Below, in pieces: positions 1 through 9,018 of a DNA stretch of 64,000 bases; the stretch's first letter is position 1; every line of letters begins with the position of its first letter. The position numbers were made by a program, and so were the translations under genes. Origin of the DNA: Patescibacteria group bacterium (GTDB taxonomy: Bacteria > Patescibacteriota > Kazan-3B-28 > UBA10110); contig JBAZXK010000002.1 of NCBI GenBank assembly GCA_041659905.1, positions 30,723 through 94,722 on the forward strand, given 5' to 3'. The notes below the pieces were generated by a model, which was not told where the DNA came from, made no database searches, and saw only the letters and a list, made by a program, of their open reading frames with translations.

Positions 1-1
1 A

Positions 2-481
2 GAAGAAAAGTATCAATCTAAAAACTTTATTGAAGAATTAAAACAGAGAGCAGACGGAGTTGTTTTCCTATATTCATTTCCAAAAGAACCTATTATTGCT
101 ACCGGTAAAGTTTTTACAGAATTTATGAAAGATATGCAAAAAGAAATCGTAGAACAAGTACAAGAAATTTATGGAATGACTGCTTCCAGCGGATACGCTG
201 TAGGTAAAGTAATCGTATGTACGGATATTGATTCTATACATAAAGTTCAGGAGGGCGACATTCTGGTTGCAAGCATGACCAGGCCTGAATATTTGCCTGC
301 CATGAAAAAAGCCTCTGCCATAATCACCGACGAGGGAGGTATAACGTGCCATGCCGCAATAATTTCTCGGGAGTTAGGCATCCCCTGTATAATTGGTACT
401 AAAATTGCGACTCAAGTCTTGAAAGATGGCATGACCGTGGAGGTAAAAGCAAACCATGGAGTAGTAAAAATAATTCAATAA
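2..481 (+). CDS. PEP-utilizing enzyme mobile (phospho-His swivel) domain protein, 5' truncated by window edge
   Basis: Frame is open from nt 2. GDILVASMTRP and ITDEGGITCHAAIISRELGIPCIIG carry the catalytic His motif. Confidence 0.9.
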   Translation, partial: EEKYQSKNFIEELKQRADGVVFLYSFPKEPIIATGKVFTEFMKDMQKEIVEQVQEIYGMTASSGYAVGKVIVCTDIDSIHKVQEGDILVASMTRPEYLPAMKKASAIITDEGGITCHAAIISRELGIPCIIGTKIATQVLKDGMTVEVKANHGVVKIIQ

Positions 482-517
482 TAAAATATCAAGAAAATAG
501 TAATTTAAGGATATAGT

Positions 518-1354
518 ATGGAAAATGAACGATTTGTTCCTGAGACTGATTTTGTTATGGCAAGGCATAGCAAAAAAGGAAAGGATTCGACAGAGTATGA
601 AGGATTGTCAAACGAAGGAGTGGAATTGGCAAAACAGGAAGCCAGCAAGTGGCTTGGCCTACTTGATAACGCTGAGGAAGGCACTGTCATGTGGCTAGGC
701 GGGGCATCAGAACAAATAAGAACTAAATCTACCATTAGAGCCTTGACTGAAGAAATTAATAATATTTTATCCCAAAGAGAGAATAACAACATTGAATTGA
801 TTGCCAATGATAGTATTGACTTTGAAAAAGGTTTTAATAAAGCGATCGAAGAATTGTCAGAAAAAATTAACTCGAGCCCGGATAAAAAATTTATAATTTC
901 CGCCCCATTATTTATTAAAGAATTTAGCGGAGAAAAGAATAGATGGATTGGCAAGGATAACGAACCAATCGCATATTATAATGAACTGAGCAAAAAATGC
1001 GATGGCAACGAAAAAGAAATGTTAAAGGAATGGCTGAATAATCAGGGCCATTTAGACGGTCTCGAAGGCCCTAGCCCAGCCCAGGTTGCAGAAGAGCATT
1101 TGTATGGAATTAAAAGATTGTCAGATCTCGCAAAAGAATATATTCCCAACAATCCATTAATTATCGGCGGCGTAGGACAAAGCGTGGGTCTTGATGCGTT
1201 GGCCATCTATCTTGCAAATGACGGTAAAGTAAATTTGGAGGGATACGAAAAAGTTAATGCAACAGGCATTCAAGAGTTAGAACCAATAAAAATAATTGAT
1301 GGTAAATTTTCGTATGGTGATCGCTTGGAGATTGATTTAAACGAGCATGAATAA
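518..1354 (+). CDS. hypothetical protein, possible histidine-phosphatase-like fold
   Basis: 278-aa ORF. N-terminal FVMARHS and a later RTKST resemble RHG/RAxQT motifs (weak). Confidence 0.6.
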   Translation: MENERFVPETDFVMARHSKKGKDSTEYEGLSNEGVELAKQEASKWLGLLDNAEEGTVMWLGGASEQIRTKSTIRALTEEINNILSQRENNNIELIANDSIDFEKGFNKAIEELSEKINSSPDKKFIISAPLFIKEFSGEKNRWIGKDNEPIAYYNELSKKCDGNEKEMLKEWLNNQGHLDGLEGPSPAQVAEEHLYGIKRLSDLAKEYIPNNPLIIGGVGQSVGLDALAIYLANDGKVNLEGYEKVNATGIQELEPIKIIDGKFSYGDRLEIDLNEHE

Positions 1355-1428
1355 AATCAACTTCGAAAAGATGGAGATGCAGCAGGAGTTGATGTTGATA
1401 AAGGTATGATAAAAAATAATAAATAAAA

Positions 1429-2370
1429 ATGAAATATTCCAGATTATTTCACGAACTTACTAAGAAAGATACGGATATCGCTGGCGGAAAAGGCGCCTCG
1501 CTTGGTGAAATGGTACAGATTAATATCCCAATACCTCCGGGATTTGTGGTGTTAGCAGGTTCGTTTGACCATTTTTTGGAAAAAAACGAGATTAAAGCCG
1601 ATATTGAAGCGATTTTAGAAAAGGTTAATCATCAAGACATTAATTCGGTTGATGGCGCGTCTGCTGAAATTCAAAGCATTATTCACCATATGCCGTTTCC
1701 TGAAGACATTGCCCAAGAAGCTTTAAAGCAATTTTCAGAACTAAATACTATCTATGTCGCCGTAAGATCTTCCGCAACAGCCGAAGATTCATCAGCAGCA
1801 TCATGGGCCGGTGAACTAGAAAGCTATTTAAATGTCACCGAAGATGCATTGTTGGATTGTATCAGGAAATGCTGGGCATCACTCTTTACACCCAGGGCAA
1901 TATTCTACAGATTTGAGAACAAGATGAATCTAGAAAAAGTTTCCGTTGCAGTTGTAGTGCAAAAGATGGTTCAATCCGATGTTTCAGGCATAGTCTTTAC
2001 GGTTCACCCGGTAACAAAGGATGAAAATCAAATGATTATTGAGGCTGGTTATGGTTTAGGGGAAGCTATCGTCGGCGGGAAAATCACGCCAGATAATTAT
2101 ATAATCAATAAATCTACTTTGGATATTACCAATAAATACATTTCTGAACAATCAATGATGATTATTAAAGCCAAAGATGCTCCAACGAAAGAAGAAGAGA
2201 TACCACAAGCAGATAGAGGAAAACAGAAATTAGCTGATGACAAGATAATTGATTTAGCTAAAATTTGTTTAAACATTGAGAAACATTACGGCTTTCCCTG
2301 CGATATCGAATGGGCTATGGAAAAGAATAGATTATATATAGTGCAGTCTAGGCCTATAACTACTTTATAA
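1429..2370 (+). CDS. PEP synthase/PPDK N-terminal ATP-grasp (PEP/pyruvate-binding) domain protein, stand-alone
   Basis: GGKGASLGEM, VAVRSSATAEDS..ASWAG, DIEWA and IVQSRPITTL. The ORF ends at the domain boundary. Confidence 0.92.
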   Translation: MKYSRLFHELTKKDTDIAGGKGASLGEMVQINIPIPPGFVVLAGSFDHFLEKNEIKADIEAILEKVNHQDINSVDGASAEIQSIIHHMPFPEDIAQEALKQFSELNTIYVAVRSSATAEDSSAASWAGELESYLNVTEDALLDCIRKCWASLFTPRAIFYRFENKMNLEKVSVAVVVQKMVQSDVSGIVFTVHPVTKDENQMIIEAGYGLGEAIVGGKITPDNYIINKSTLDITNKYISEQSMMIIKAKDAPTKEEEIPQADRGKQKLADDKIIDLAKICLNIEKHYGFPCDIEWAMEKNRLYIVQSRPITTL

Positions 2371-2455
2371 ACGAGAATTAAATATCTTACTCTGCTTTCC
2401 TGAATTTGAATCACAGCATACAAAAAACTGCCATTCAGAAAGAATGTCAGTTTTT

Positions 2456-2532
2456 TGGTAGCGGGGGTTGGATTCGAACCAACGGCCTCAAGGTTATGAG
2501 CCTTGCGAGCTACCAGACTGCTCTACCCCGCG
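2456..2532 (-). tRNA. tRNA-fMet (CAT), initiator
   Basis: Reverse complement CGCGGGGTAGAGCAGTCTGGTAGCTCGCAAGGCTCATAACCTTGAGG...GGTTCGAATCC...CTACCA. C1:A72 mismatch and encoded CCA. Confidence 0.93.
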
Positions 2533-2617
2533 GCGACGCCTGTAATGTTAGCAGAGAAACTGATGGTTGTCTACAACAAAACGGCTATGAATAGCCGTTT
2601 TGTTTGATAAAGCAAAT

Positions 2618-2896
2618 TTAGAACCGTTGGCCGCCAGCCGGACGATCAGTCATCGGCCGAGCTTCGCTAACGGTAATATTGCGGCCTTCTACTTCTGTGC
2701 CATGCACAGTAGAGATGGCTGCTTGAGCTTCTTCTTCGGTAGACATCTCTACAAAACCAAAACCTTTGGATTTGCCAGACATCTTGTCCTTGATGATAGT
2801 AGCGGATTCCACTGTACCAACACCGGCGAACAACTTACCTAAATCTTCGTCGGTCATAGCCCAAGGAAGTCCACCTACAAACAATTTCTTGCCCAT
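2618..2896 (-). CDS. RRM (RNP-1) RNA-binding protein
   Basis: RNP2 KLFVGGL and RNP1 KGFGFVEM. SD-like GAGG upstream. Confidence 0.95.
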   Translation of the reverse strand: MGKKLFVGGLPWAMTDEDLGKLFAGVGTVESATIIKDKMSGKSKGFGFVEMSTEEEAQAAISTVHGTEVEGRNITVSEARPMTDRPAGGQRF

Positions 2897-3102
2897 AGTT
2901 ACCTCACATAATACTTAATATACCCGCGGTCGATCTACTTTCCTGGCTAGATCCTCGGGTATAGGCAAACTGCTTTTGACCAGAGGGAACTTTACACAAG
3001 AAACCCGCAACTGGCTTATCTTATCCTATCCCCGCCAAAAGTCAATGGAACACATTAAAAAACCCCTGCAAGGGCTTAGCCGGCTGATAAATTGGTTTTT
3101 AA

Positions 3103-3582
3103 CTAACTTTTCTTGGGTTTCTTGACAGCGGCTTTCTTAACTGCCACTTTTTTAGTAACTGGCACTGATTCTTTCTCTGTTTTACTATCAGTTTTGTTTT
3201 CTGCCATGATATCTACCAACCGATTGATAGACACTGTAAGTTTATCTAATTTAGCGTTAATGGCTTCGAACTCACGTTTATTGTCTCCGCCGCCAGTGTT
3301 CCTATAATCTGGGCTTTTGACAAAGCTGGGACGGCCAAAGTCCTTTCTGGGAGCCCTATCGCCACCGTCTTGGGTGTTTCTAAAGCAAGCACTGCAATAT
3401 ACCGGTTTGTCGCCAGAAGGGCGAAAAGGTACCTCACAGGCCTCTCCGCAGCTGGCACAAGTGGCTTTGTGCATAGTTACCGGCCCCCGGTCGCGGTCGC
3501 CAAAACTCGGACGGCCAAAACCCCTGTTGCCGCCTGATTTGAACCCCCCTCGACTGCCTCCCCGCTGGTTAAAATCTCTCAT
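3103..3582 (-). CDS. CxxC-x17-CxxC domain protein with Gly/Arg-rich N-terminus and Lys-rich tail
   Basis: MHKATCASCGEACEVPFRPSGDKPVYCSACF. Start placed at MRDFNQ. Confidence 0.85.
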   Translation of the reverse strand: MRDFNQRGGSRGGFKSGGNRGFGRPSFGDRDRGPVTMHKATCASCGEACEVPFRPSGDKPVYCSACFRNTQDGGDRAPRKDFGRPSFVKSPDYRNTGGGDNKREFEAINAKLDKLTVSINRLVDIMAENKTDSKTEKESVPVTKKVAVKKAAVKKPKKS

Positions 3583-3632
3583 AGCTCTGGTACTATACGC
3601 CAGTATCACCTAAGAAGCAAGTAGAAACTTTG

Positions 3633-3666
3633 ATTTCAACGGCTCAACTGGTTGAGCCGTTGAAAT
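3633..3666. repeat. REP-like palindrome, TCAACGGCTCA family
   Basis: ATTTCAACGGCTCAAC-TG-GTTGAGCCGTTGAAAT. Related copies at 18526-18551 and 45144-45165. Confidence 0.8.
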
Positions 3667-3686
3667 TCTAGATAAAACAAGGATTT

Positions 3687-5321
3687 CTATTGGACAACTA
3701 TCTTCCCTTTCATAAAGGGATGGAGGGTGCAAATATAACTGAATGTCCCCTTGGTATTAAATGTAAAAGAAAATTCTTTTCCTTGAGTTAAATTGCCCGA
3801 ATCAAAGTTGCCTTGGCTAGTCACAGTATGGAGCATCGCATCCTCATTTTTCCAGGTCACTTTCGTCCCGACCGGGATAGTGAGAGTGGCCGGACTAAAA
3901 GCAAAATTTTTGATACTGACTCTTTCTTCTTTGTTGTTCATTCCACTAGTTGAATTATTGATTGAATTATTCGGTACATTGCTTTCAGCCGGAATTAACT
4001 TGAATATTTTACCGCTAGTCCCGCTGGGGCCGAGCGCTTCGGTGGTTAATAAATATAATTCGCCCATATCGTCCTGCCCTACTCCTTTGACAAACAAACC
4101 TAAGCGTCCATTACTATTGCCGGAAATTTTTAACTCCCGCCATAACCAACTTCCTTTATTGTTTAGAGCAGCGAACACGCCGCCATCGCCCGCAGTAAAA
4201 CTTTTGCTCCAATCGGCAAACACATAGTTGCCTGTTAAGCCGGCGAGGGCTGCCCCTCGATAGACATATCCTCCGACATTGGCTATCCCCACGCCCCCAT
4301 TACCCGGATGACCATATTCGAATACAGGATCCACCAGCGGTTCACCTTTAGCTCCGGTAGTGGGACACTCTGCTGGTGATTGATCGGGAGTTTGCGCACT
4401 AAAGCAATGCTTCCCCTCTCTGATATTCCAACCGTAATTATTCCCTTTTTTAACTATATCTACTTCTTCCCATAAATTTTGGCCGACATCGGCGACGAAT
4501 AATTCGTGGTTTCCTCCCGCATCAAAAGAAATATGATAAGGATTACGGAAGCCATAAGCGAATATTTCATCTTTACCGTCTTTGCCGATAAAAGGATTAT
4601 CTTGAGGGGCAGCATAGGGATCGCCTTTATCAATATCGATCCGCAGAACTTTCCCTAACAAAGTAGTAAGATCTTGGCCGTTACCACTGGCAGAATGCCC
4701 CAGACCGACATCATTGCCTTGACCACCGTCGCCGGTAGGAATATAGAGGTACCCATCCGGCCCAAATGCAATATGCCCTCCGTTATGATTGAACTGCGGC
4801 TTATCAATTTGTAAAATTATTTTTTCGGAACTCAAGTCAGCTATATTCGGATTACTGGCACTGACTTTAAATTCGGAGACACGGTTAGTACAATTCCATC
4901 CTGCTGGTGCGGTCTTGTTTAATGGCGCGCTGTAATAGACAAAAAAGCGGCCATTGGTTTTGAAATCGGGATGGAAGGCTAACCCCAGCAAACCTCTCTC
5001 GTCATAGTTCGTGGTTAATTTTACCAATTTACTATGCAGATCCAAGAAATTGTCTTTTAACACTTCTCCTGTAGAAGTGACTACCTTTATAACTCCGACT
5101 TGATCTACCAAGAACATTCTGCCCGTACCATCATTGGACGAAACAAAAGCGACAGGAGAAGTAAACCCCTGTGCTATTAACTTAATAGCAACTTCTTGAG
5201 TTGGTTGGTTGTTTATTGTATTTTGACTGGCTGGCAACTTGTACCCTTTGATAAGAAAATATACAACAGCGATAACTAATATACCCCCCAATACTACCCC
5301 TATTTTTTCTGTCGTATTCAT
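3687..5321 (-). CDS. membrane-anchored PQQ-dependent glucose/sorbosone dehydrogenase-family beta-propeller fused to a C-terminal cupredoxin
   Basis: N-terminal TM segment, ERGLLGLAFHPDF, HNGGHIAFGPDGYLY, GFRNPY and NYGW. C-terminal HTV...YICTLHPFM type-1 copper ligands. Confidence 0.9.
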   Translation of the reverse strand: MNTTEKIGVVLGGILVIAVVYFLIKGYKLPASQNTINNQPTQEVAIKLIAQGFTSPVAFVSSNDGTGRMFLVDQVGVIKVVTSTGEVLKDNFLDLHSKLVKLTTNYDERGLLGLAFHPDFKTNGRFFVYYSAPLNKTAPAGWNCTNRVSEFKVSASNPNIADLSSEKIILQIDKPQFNHNGGHIAFGPDGYLYIPTGDGGQGNDVGLGHSASGNGQDLTTLLGKVLRIDIDKGDPYAAPQDNPFIGKDGKDEIFAYGFRNPYHISFDAGGNHELFVADVGQNLWEEVDIVKKGNNYGWNIREGKHCFSAQTPDQSPAECPTTGAKGEPLVDPVFEYGHPGNGGVGIANVGGYVYRGAALAGLTGNYVFADWSKSFTAGDGGVFAALNNKGSWLWRELKISGNSNGRLGLFVKGVGQDDMGELYLLTTEALGPSGTSGKIFKLIPAESNVPNNSINNSTSGMNNKEERVSIKNFAFSPATLTIPVGTKVTWKNEDAMLHTVTSQGNFDSGNLTQGKEFSFTFNTKGTFSYICTLHPFMKGKIVVQ

Positions 5322-5436
5322 ATAAATAGATGGTTAATAATGACGACTTCATTTTACCAATTCTACCTCTTATATAGATATACCAAAATTCTCCGCCTCC
5401 ATAGCAGATAATATTTTGGCCTACCTGCTGATATAG

Positions 5437-5470
5437 AAAACCCCCTTGAATTGAATCATTCAGGGGGTTA
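5437..5470 (-). terminator. intrinsic terminator-like hairpin
   Basis: AACCCC...GGGGTT stem with an A-run on the + strand, just past the stop at 5480. Confidence 0.55.
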
Positions 5471-5479
5471 ATATTCATG

Positions 5480-5917
5480 CTATTTTATTGCATCGATTTC
5501 ACGCAACATCGCAGTTACTTTCGTAACAGCTTTGCGAAACCAGGGCTGAGAGAACCGACCGCACGAAATAGACCTTATACTTTTGGGTAAGTAGATCAGA
5601 TGGCCAACCGTCGGGTCAATCATAATTGGACCGCCCACTATCCCAACCGGATAAACATCGATAACGTTCCCTGTCGGAGTAAGCAGCCAACTATGTTCGA
5701 ATCCAATAGCAGGGAAAAAACCATCCTGATATTTCAGGTTGTACACTTTAGCGGCCGCACGCACCAGGATATGACAGGACAAAACCACTGTTTGTTTACC
5801 TGCTAAGTCCAGCATACCGTCATCGATATCATCTGGCAGTCTGTTTACTGCCTTAGATATGCGATAGAAAAGTTCTACTTCGTCTGGTGGTAGATTGCAT
5901 TCTGTATAAGTTTTGAT
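5480..5917 (-). CDS. hypothetical protein (frame open to an ATC downstream of an SD; ORF track start 5815)
   Basis: FEHSWLLTPTGNVIDVYPVG. In-frame upstream extension IKTYTECNLPPDEVELFYRISKAVNRLPDD preceded by GAGGTGA. Confidence 0.65.
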   Translation of the reverse strand: MKTYTECNLPPDEVELFYRISKAVNRLPDDIDDGMLDLAGKQTVVLSCHILVRAAAKVYNLKYQDGFFPAIGFEHSWLLTPTGNVIDVYPVGIVGGPIMIDPTVGHLIYLPKSIRSISCGRFSQPWFRKAVTKVTAMLREIDAIK

Positions 5918-5956
5918 AGTCCATCACCTCTTGCGGGGATTAATAATCCGTACAAA

Positions 5957-6532
5957 TTAATTATCTGATTGGTTCTGTTGGTTAGCAGATAGATCTTCTG
6001 GTTTTATACCCTTTTTCTGATAATAAACCAGTGCTGCCCGCGAGTGTTTAAATACGGCTTCATCTAGACCCGCTTTCAATCCATCTGTTGTGTCGTACTG
6101 CACACAAGCAATGATAGCTGCTAGATAAATGAACAACCAAACAATATACGATATCGGTGGGGTTACATATATAATTGCAACAATCAAAGCAGTGAACGAC
6201 ACAGTGAATGCAGAAAACATCCAGAATGTAATAATCATCGCCACTTGTATCAGCTTCGCCGGTATGCCACCAAACGAAACTGTAAACCAAGCTGTTCCCA
6301 TAACAGCCACTGGCGCTAAGAGAGCGAATATTACCGTAGCAATATCATTTTCTGGAGTTTTTCCGAGAGCAAAATAAACAACTATGGCGGCTATTACATT
6401 TAACCATAGTACTTTTCGATGCTTACTGAGATTGTCGAGCAAGAATCTATGCTCTTCTTTTGTGAGATCAGCATGGAAAAATCCATTCAGAACAAACCTT
6501 TTTAGTAACCAGTAAATTGGATCTAAATTCAT
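5957..6532 (-). CDS. hypothetical multi-pass membrane protein
   Basis: About four hydrophobic segments. AAGGAG SD upstream. Confidence 0.75.
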   Translation of the reverse strand: MNLDPIYWLLKRFVLNGFFHADLTKEEHRFLLDNLSKHRKVLWLNVIAAIVVYFALGKTPENDIATVIFALLAPVAVMGTAWFTVSFGGIPAKLIQVAMIITFWMFSAFTVSFTALIVAIIYVTPPISYIVWLFIYLAAIIACVQYDTTDGLKAGLDEAVFKHSRAALVYYQKKGIKPEDLSANQQNQSDN

Positions 6533-6700
6533 TTCGATTTCATCTCCTTGTTTTCAAGTTCCCTCTTTAGGTGACATTAAAACATACCAAGAAAACTAGC
6601 TCCTGGTCAAGTTATTCCCCTATGTATTCTCCGGGGCGGAGCTGCCCGCCTTGATTCGCCAACCTCGACTGATAAACAGACACCAAGCCGGCAGATTAGA

Positions 6701-7201
6701 TTAGTTTATCTGCGCGAAAAGCACCACATAATTCTTGCCGTAGGCCTTGGCGCATTTTGGACAGGTGGTGTAGGAAAAATAAAGCTTTTTTAGTTCCTTG
6801 TCCTGACTTTTGACGTATGCTTTCATCTCGGCTGCCCATTTACCCACATTTTGGTAAGGGCCTTCAAATATTTTAGTTAAAAATGTGCCGGAAAGTTTTG
6901 CCATTTGCGCGCCCGGAACATCTTTCGCCACATCAATGTAAATATCAGAACCCCACAGTGATTTTTCATTAGTCAACATTAATTGGTAGGGAGATTTAGC
7001 ATTAGCTTTTTCAATCAAGCCCATATTCTTGACTATCTTCTTCCCCATATCAAGCGGTATGTGCAAGAAATTACAGATATGATCTTTGACAAATAGTTTG
7101 TCATTCCAAACTACCTCTTTATCCTGCCACGGTTCCGGATTAAAAGGTTCGCAGCAACCAGTTGATTTTATTGTTTGCATAACCATATATTTATTATTCA
7201 T
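6701..7201 (-). CDS. conserved hypothetical protein (GyrI-like 'hydrolase' family)
   Basis: TGCCEPF N-terminus, FLTKIFEGPY and YTTCPKCAKAYGKNYVV. Confidence 0.75.
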   Translation of the reverse strand: MNNKYMVMQTIKSTGCCEPFNPEPWQDKEVVWNDKLFVKDHICNFLHIPLDMGKKIVKNMGLIEKANAKSPYQLMLTNEKSLWGSDIYIDVAKDVPGAQMAKLSGTFLTKIFEGPYQNVGKWAAEMKAYVKSQDKELKKLYFSYTTCPKCAKAYGKNYVVLFAQIN

Positions 7202-7842
7202 TATGATTTAAAAATATTTTTCTCACCTTCGCCAATAATCTTTGTCTTTTTGCCTTTAACTAAGACGGCTTGCTTGTCAGTTAAGGCAATAACTGGATAT
7301 TTAGCTTTATTGGCAGCTTTGGTTATCACTTCTCTTAAACCCTCTTCAAAATGAGCTGTAATTAGAAAGGGAACCAAGTTTAATCCTCTTAAATCAGTCA
7401 GTTTCATATAGTTTCTATCGGCGTGCTTCCAAGAAGCTGCTTCGATAGTTGGACAAGCCACATAACTACCTGCACTAACCCCTACATATACCCCATCTTT
7501 TTTAACAAACGCCTTAATAACTTTATCTAAGCCAGTTTTTCTGAGACCGGCAAGATATTCAAAGGTATTGCCGCCAAAAACAAAGATAACATTTATTCCC
7601 TTTATATCTTCCGGTTTAATTTTTCTTTCAAACTGGAAAAAAGTTATATTCGACTTTGGTATATTAACTCCCTTAAGCTGTCTAAATAGCCGACGAATAT
7701 ATTTATCGCGGTCAGCGTATTTAGTTGGGGTGATTACGAATAATATTCTGATGTTAGTTGGTTTTTTGCCAACCAGTTTAATAAACTCATCACCAATAGA
7801 CGGACATTTCCACCAACCTGACGATGTAAGAAGCAATTTCAT
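7201..7842 (-). CDS. peptidase S51 (peptidase E / type-1 GAT-like) family protein
   Basis: MKLLLTSSG, FVFGGNTF, YVGVSAGS nucleophile Ser and ITAHF. Confidence 0.88.
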   Translation of the reverse strand: MKLLLTSSGWWKCPSIGDEFIKLVGKKPTNIRILFVITPTKYADRDKYIRRLFRQLKGVNIPKSNITFFQFERKIKPEDIKGINVIFVFGGNTFEYLAGLRKTGLDKVIKAFVKKDGVYVGVSAGSYVACPTIEAASWKHADRNYMKLTDLRGLNLVPFLITAHFEEGLREVITKAANKAKYPVIALTDKQAVLVKGKKTKIIGEGEKNIFKS

Positions 7843-8231
7843 AATCCTATTTCATCTAATAAAGGGATTCCGTTTGGCCAAATTAACTCTCTGGCTTTAG
7901 TAGCATCCACCCATTCAACATTCCCTTCCCCTTCATCAATTTTTTCTATAGGTTTAGCCCAAAACATAGCTACTCTAATAGGTTCACCAGTTTCTCCATG
8001 GTGGTAAACCACATCTTGTAAACGCTTGATTATTTCTACCTTATAGCCAGTTTCTTCCAGCGTTTCTCTTAAAGCAACTTGCTCAATATCTTCACCTGTT
8101 TCGGCATGTCCTTTTGGAAAAGCCCAGGCACTTCTGTCTTCAGTGGTGACAAGAAGAACATTAGAGCCATCAACCACTACACAACCAGCCTTTAATATCT
8201 CTCCTGCATCATTCTTTATTTCCATATTCAT
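7839..8231 (-). CDS. NUDIX hydrolase
   Basis: Nudix box PKGHAETGEDIEQVALRETLEETG. Confidence 0.93.
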   Translation of the reverse strand: MNMEIKNDAGEILKAGCVVVDGSNVLLVTTEDRSAWAFPKGHAETGEDIEQVALRETLEETGYKVEIIKRLQDVVYHHGETGEPIRVAMFWAKPIEKIDEGEGNVEWVDATKARELIWPNGIPLLDEIGL

Positions 8232-8273
8232 ATCTTACCAATTCTAACTCAGCAGTAGGCATACAAACTTTTA

Positions 8274-8810
8274 CTAAAGAAGATTTACTATCTCTTGAGC
8301 AACCTCTTCTGGTGTTTTGTTTTCCGTATCAATAATGGGCGCGCCTTCTTTCTTGAATATGTCGTATAACCAAGGTGCAGCTGATAAGATATCCTCAATA
8401 AATTTATCTAAGGGAACACCTGCCGCCCTGCTGATTTCTGCTATACTCTCTGGGGTTTGGTATCTGCTTAGCAACCGTTTTTTGATAGTGTCATTTGAAG
8501 CATGCAGCAAAACCAGCTGAGCCGGAGGGTGGTTTTCTTTACTGTATACTTTCCAAAAACGTTCCGGTTCTACAAAACCGCAAACAATAGTAGACTTCCC
8601 GAGCTCTGCATTTTCGGCAGCAGTTTCTAACCAATAGAGAGTCTCGGCATTGTGCCACTCGTGACCACCACCAGCTGGGACACCTCGTTCATCAAAATCT
8701 CGGATATCATATTCATCTGCTGAGAGCAGGCTTTTCAGATACTTAATAACTGAGGACTTACCGACTCCGCTAACACCGGAAATAAAATATACTATCGGAC
8801 TATTTTCCAT
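8274..8810 (-). CDS. P-loop nucleotide/nucleoside kinase-like protein
   Basis: Walker A GVSGVGKS, R-rich lid (KKRLLSR) and IDTENKTPEEVA. Confidence 0.8.
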   Translation of the reverse strand: MENSPIVYFISGVSGVGKSSVIKYLKSLLSADEYDIRDFDERGVPAGGGHEWHNAETLYWLETAAENAELGKSTIVCGFVEPERFWKVYSKENHPPAQLVLLHASNDTIKKRLLSRYQTPESIAEISRAAGVPLDKFIEDILSAAPWLYDIFKKEGAPIIDTENKTPEEVAQEIVNLL

Positions 8811-9018
8811 ATTGATATTGTATCCCCTTAGAAGCGGCTGAGTAAAACTCGAGGAAGCGCTATTCTTGCCCTAGGATCGGGATTAATTGCTCCACAGGTA
8901 AATGACATTGTAAATTGTCAGTACTCACTGTCGATATACTAGACGGTAATTATCTGAGATTCAAAAGATCGCCCCAACATTGGAGCGATCATGTATTCTT
9001 TGGCTTAACGACCAAGGA

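Noticed and set aside
2406-2594. 62-aa ORF
   Set aside because: Antisense to tRNA-fMet.
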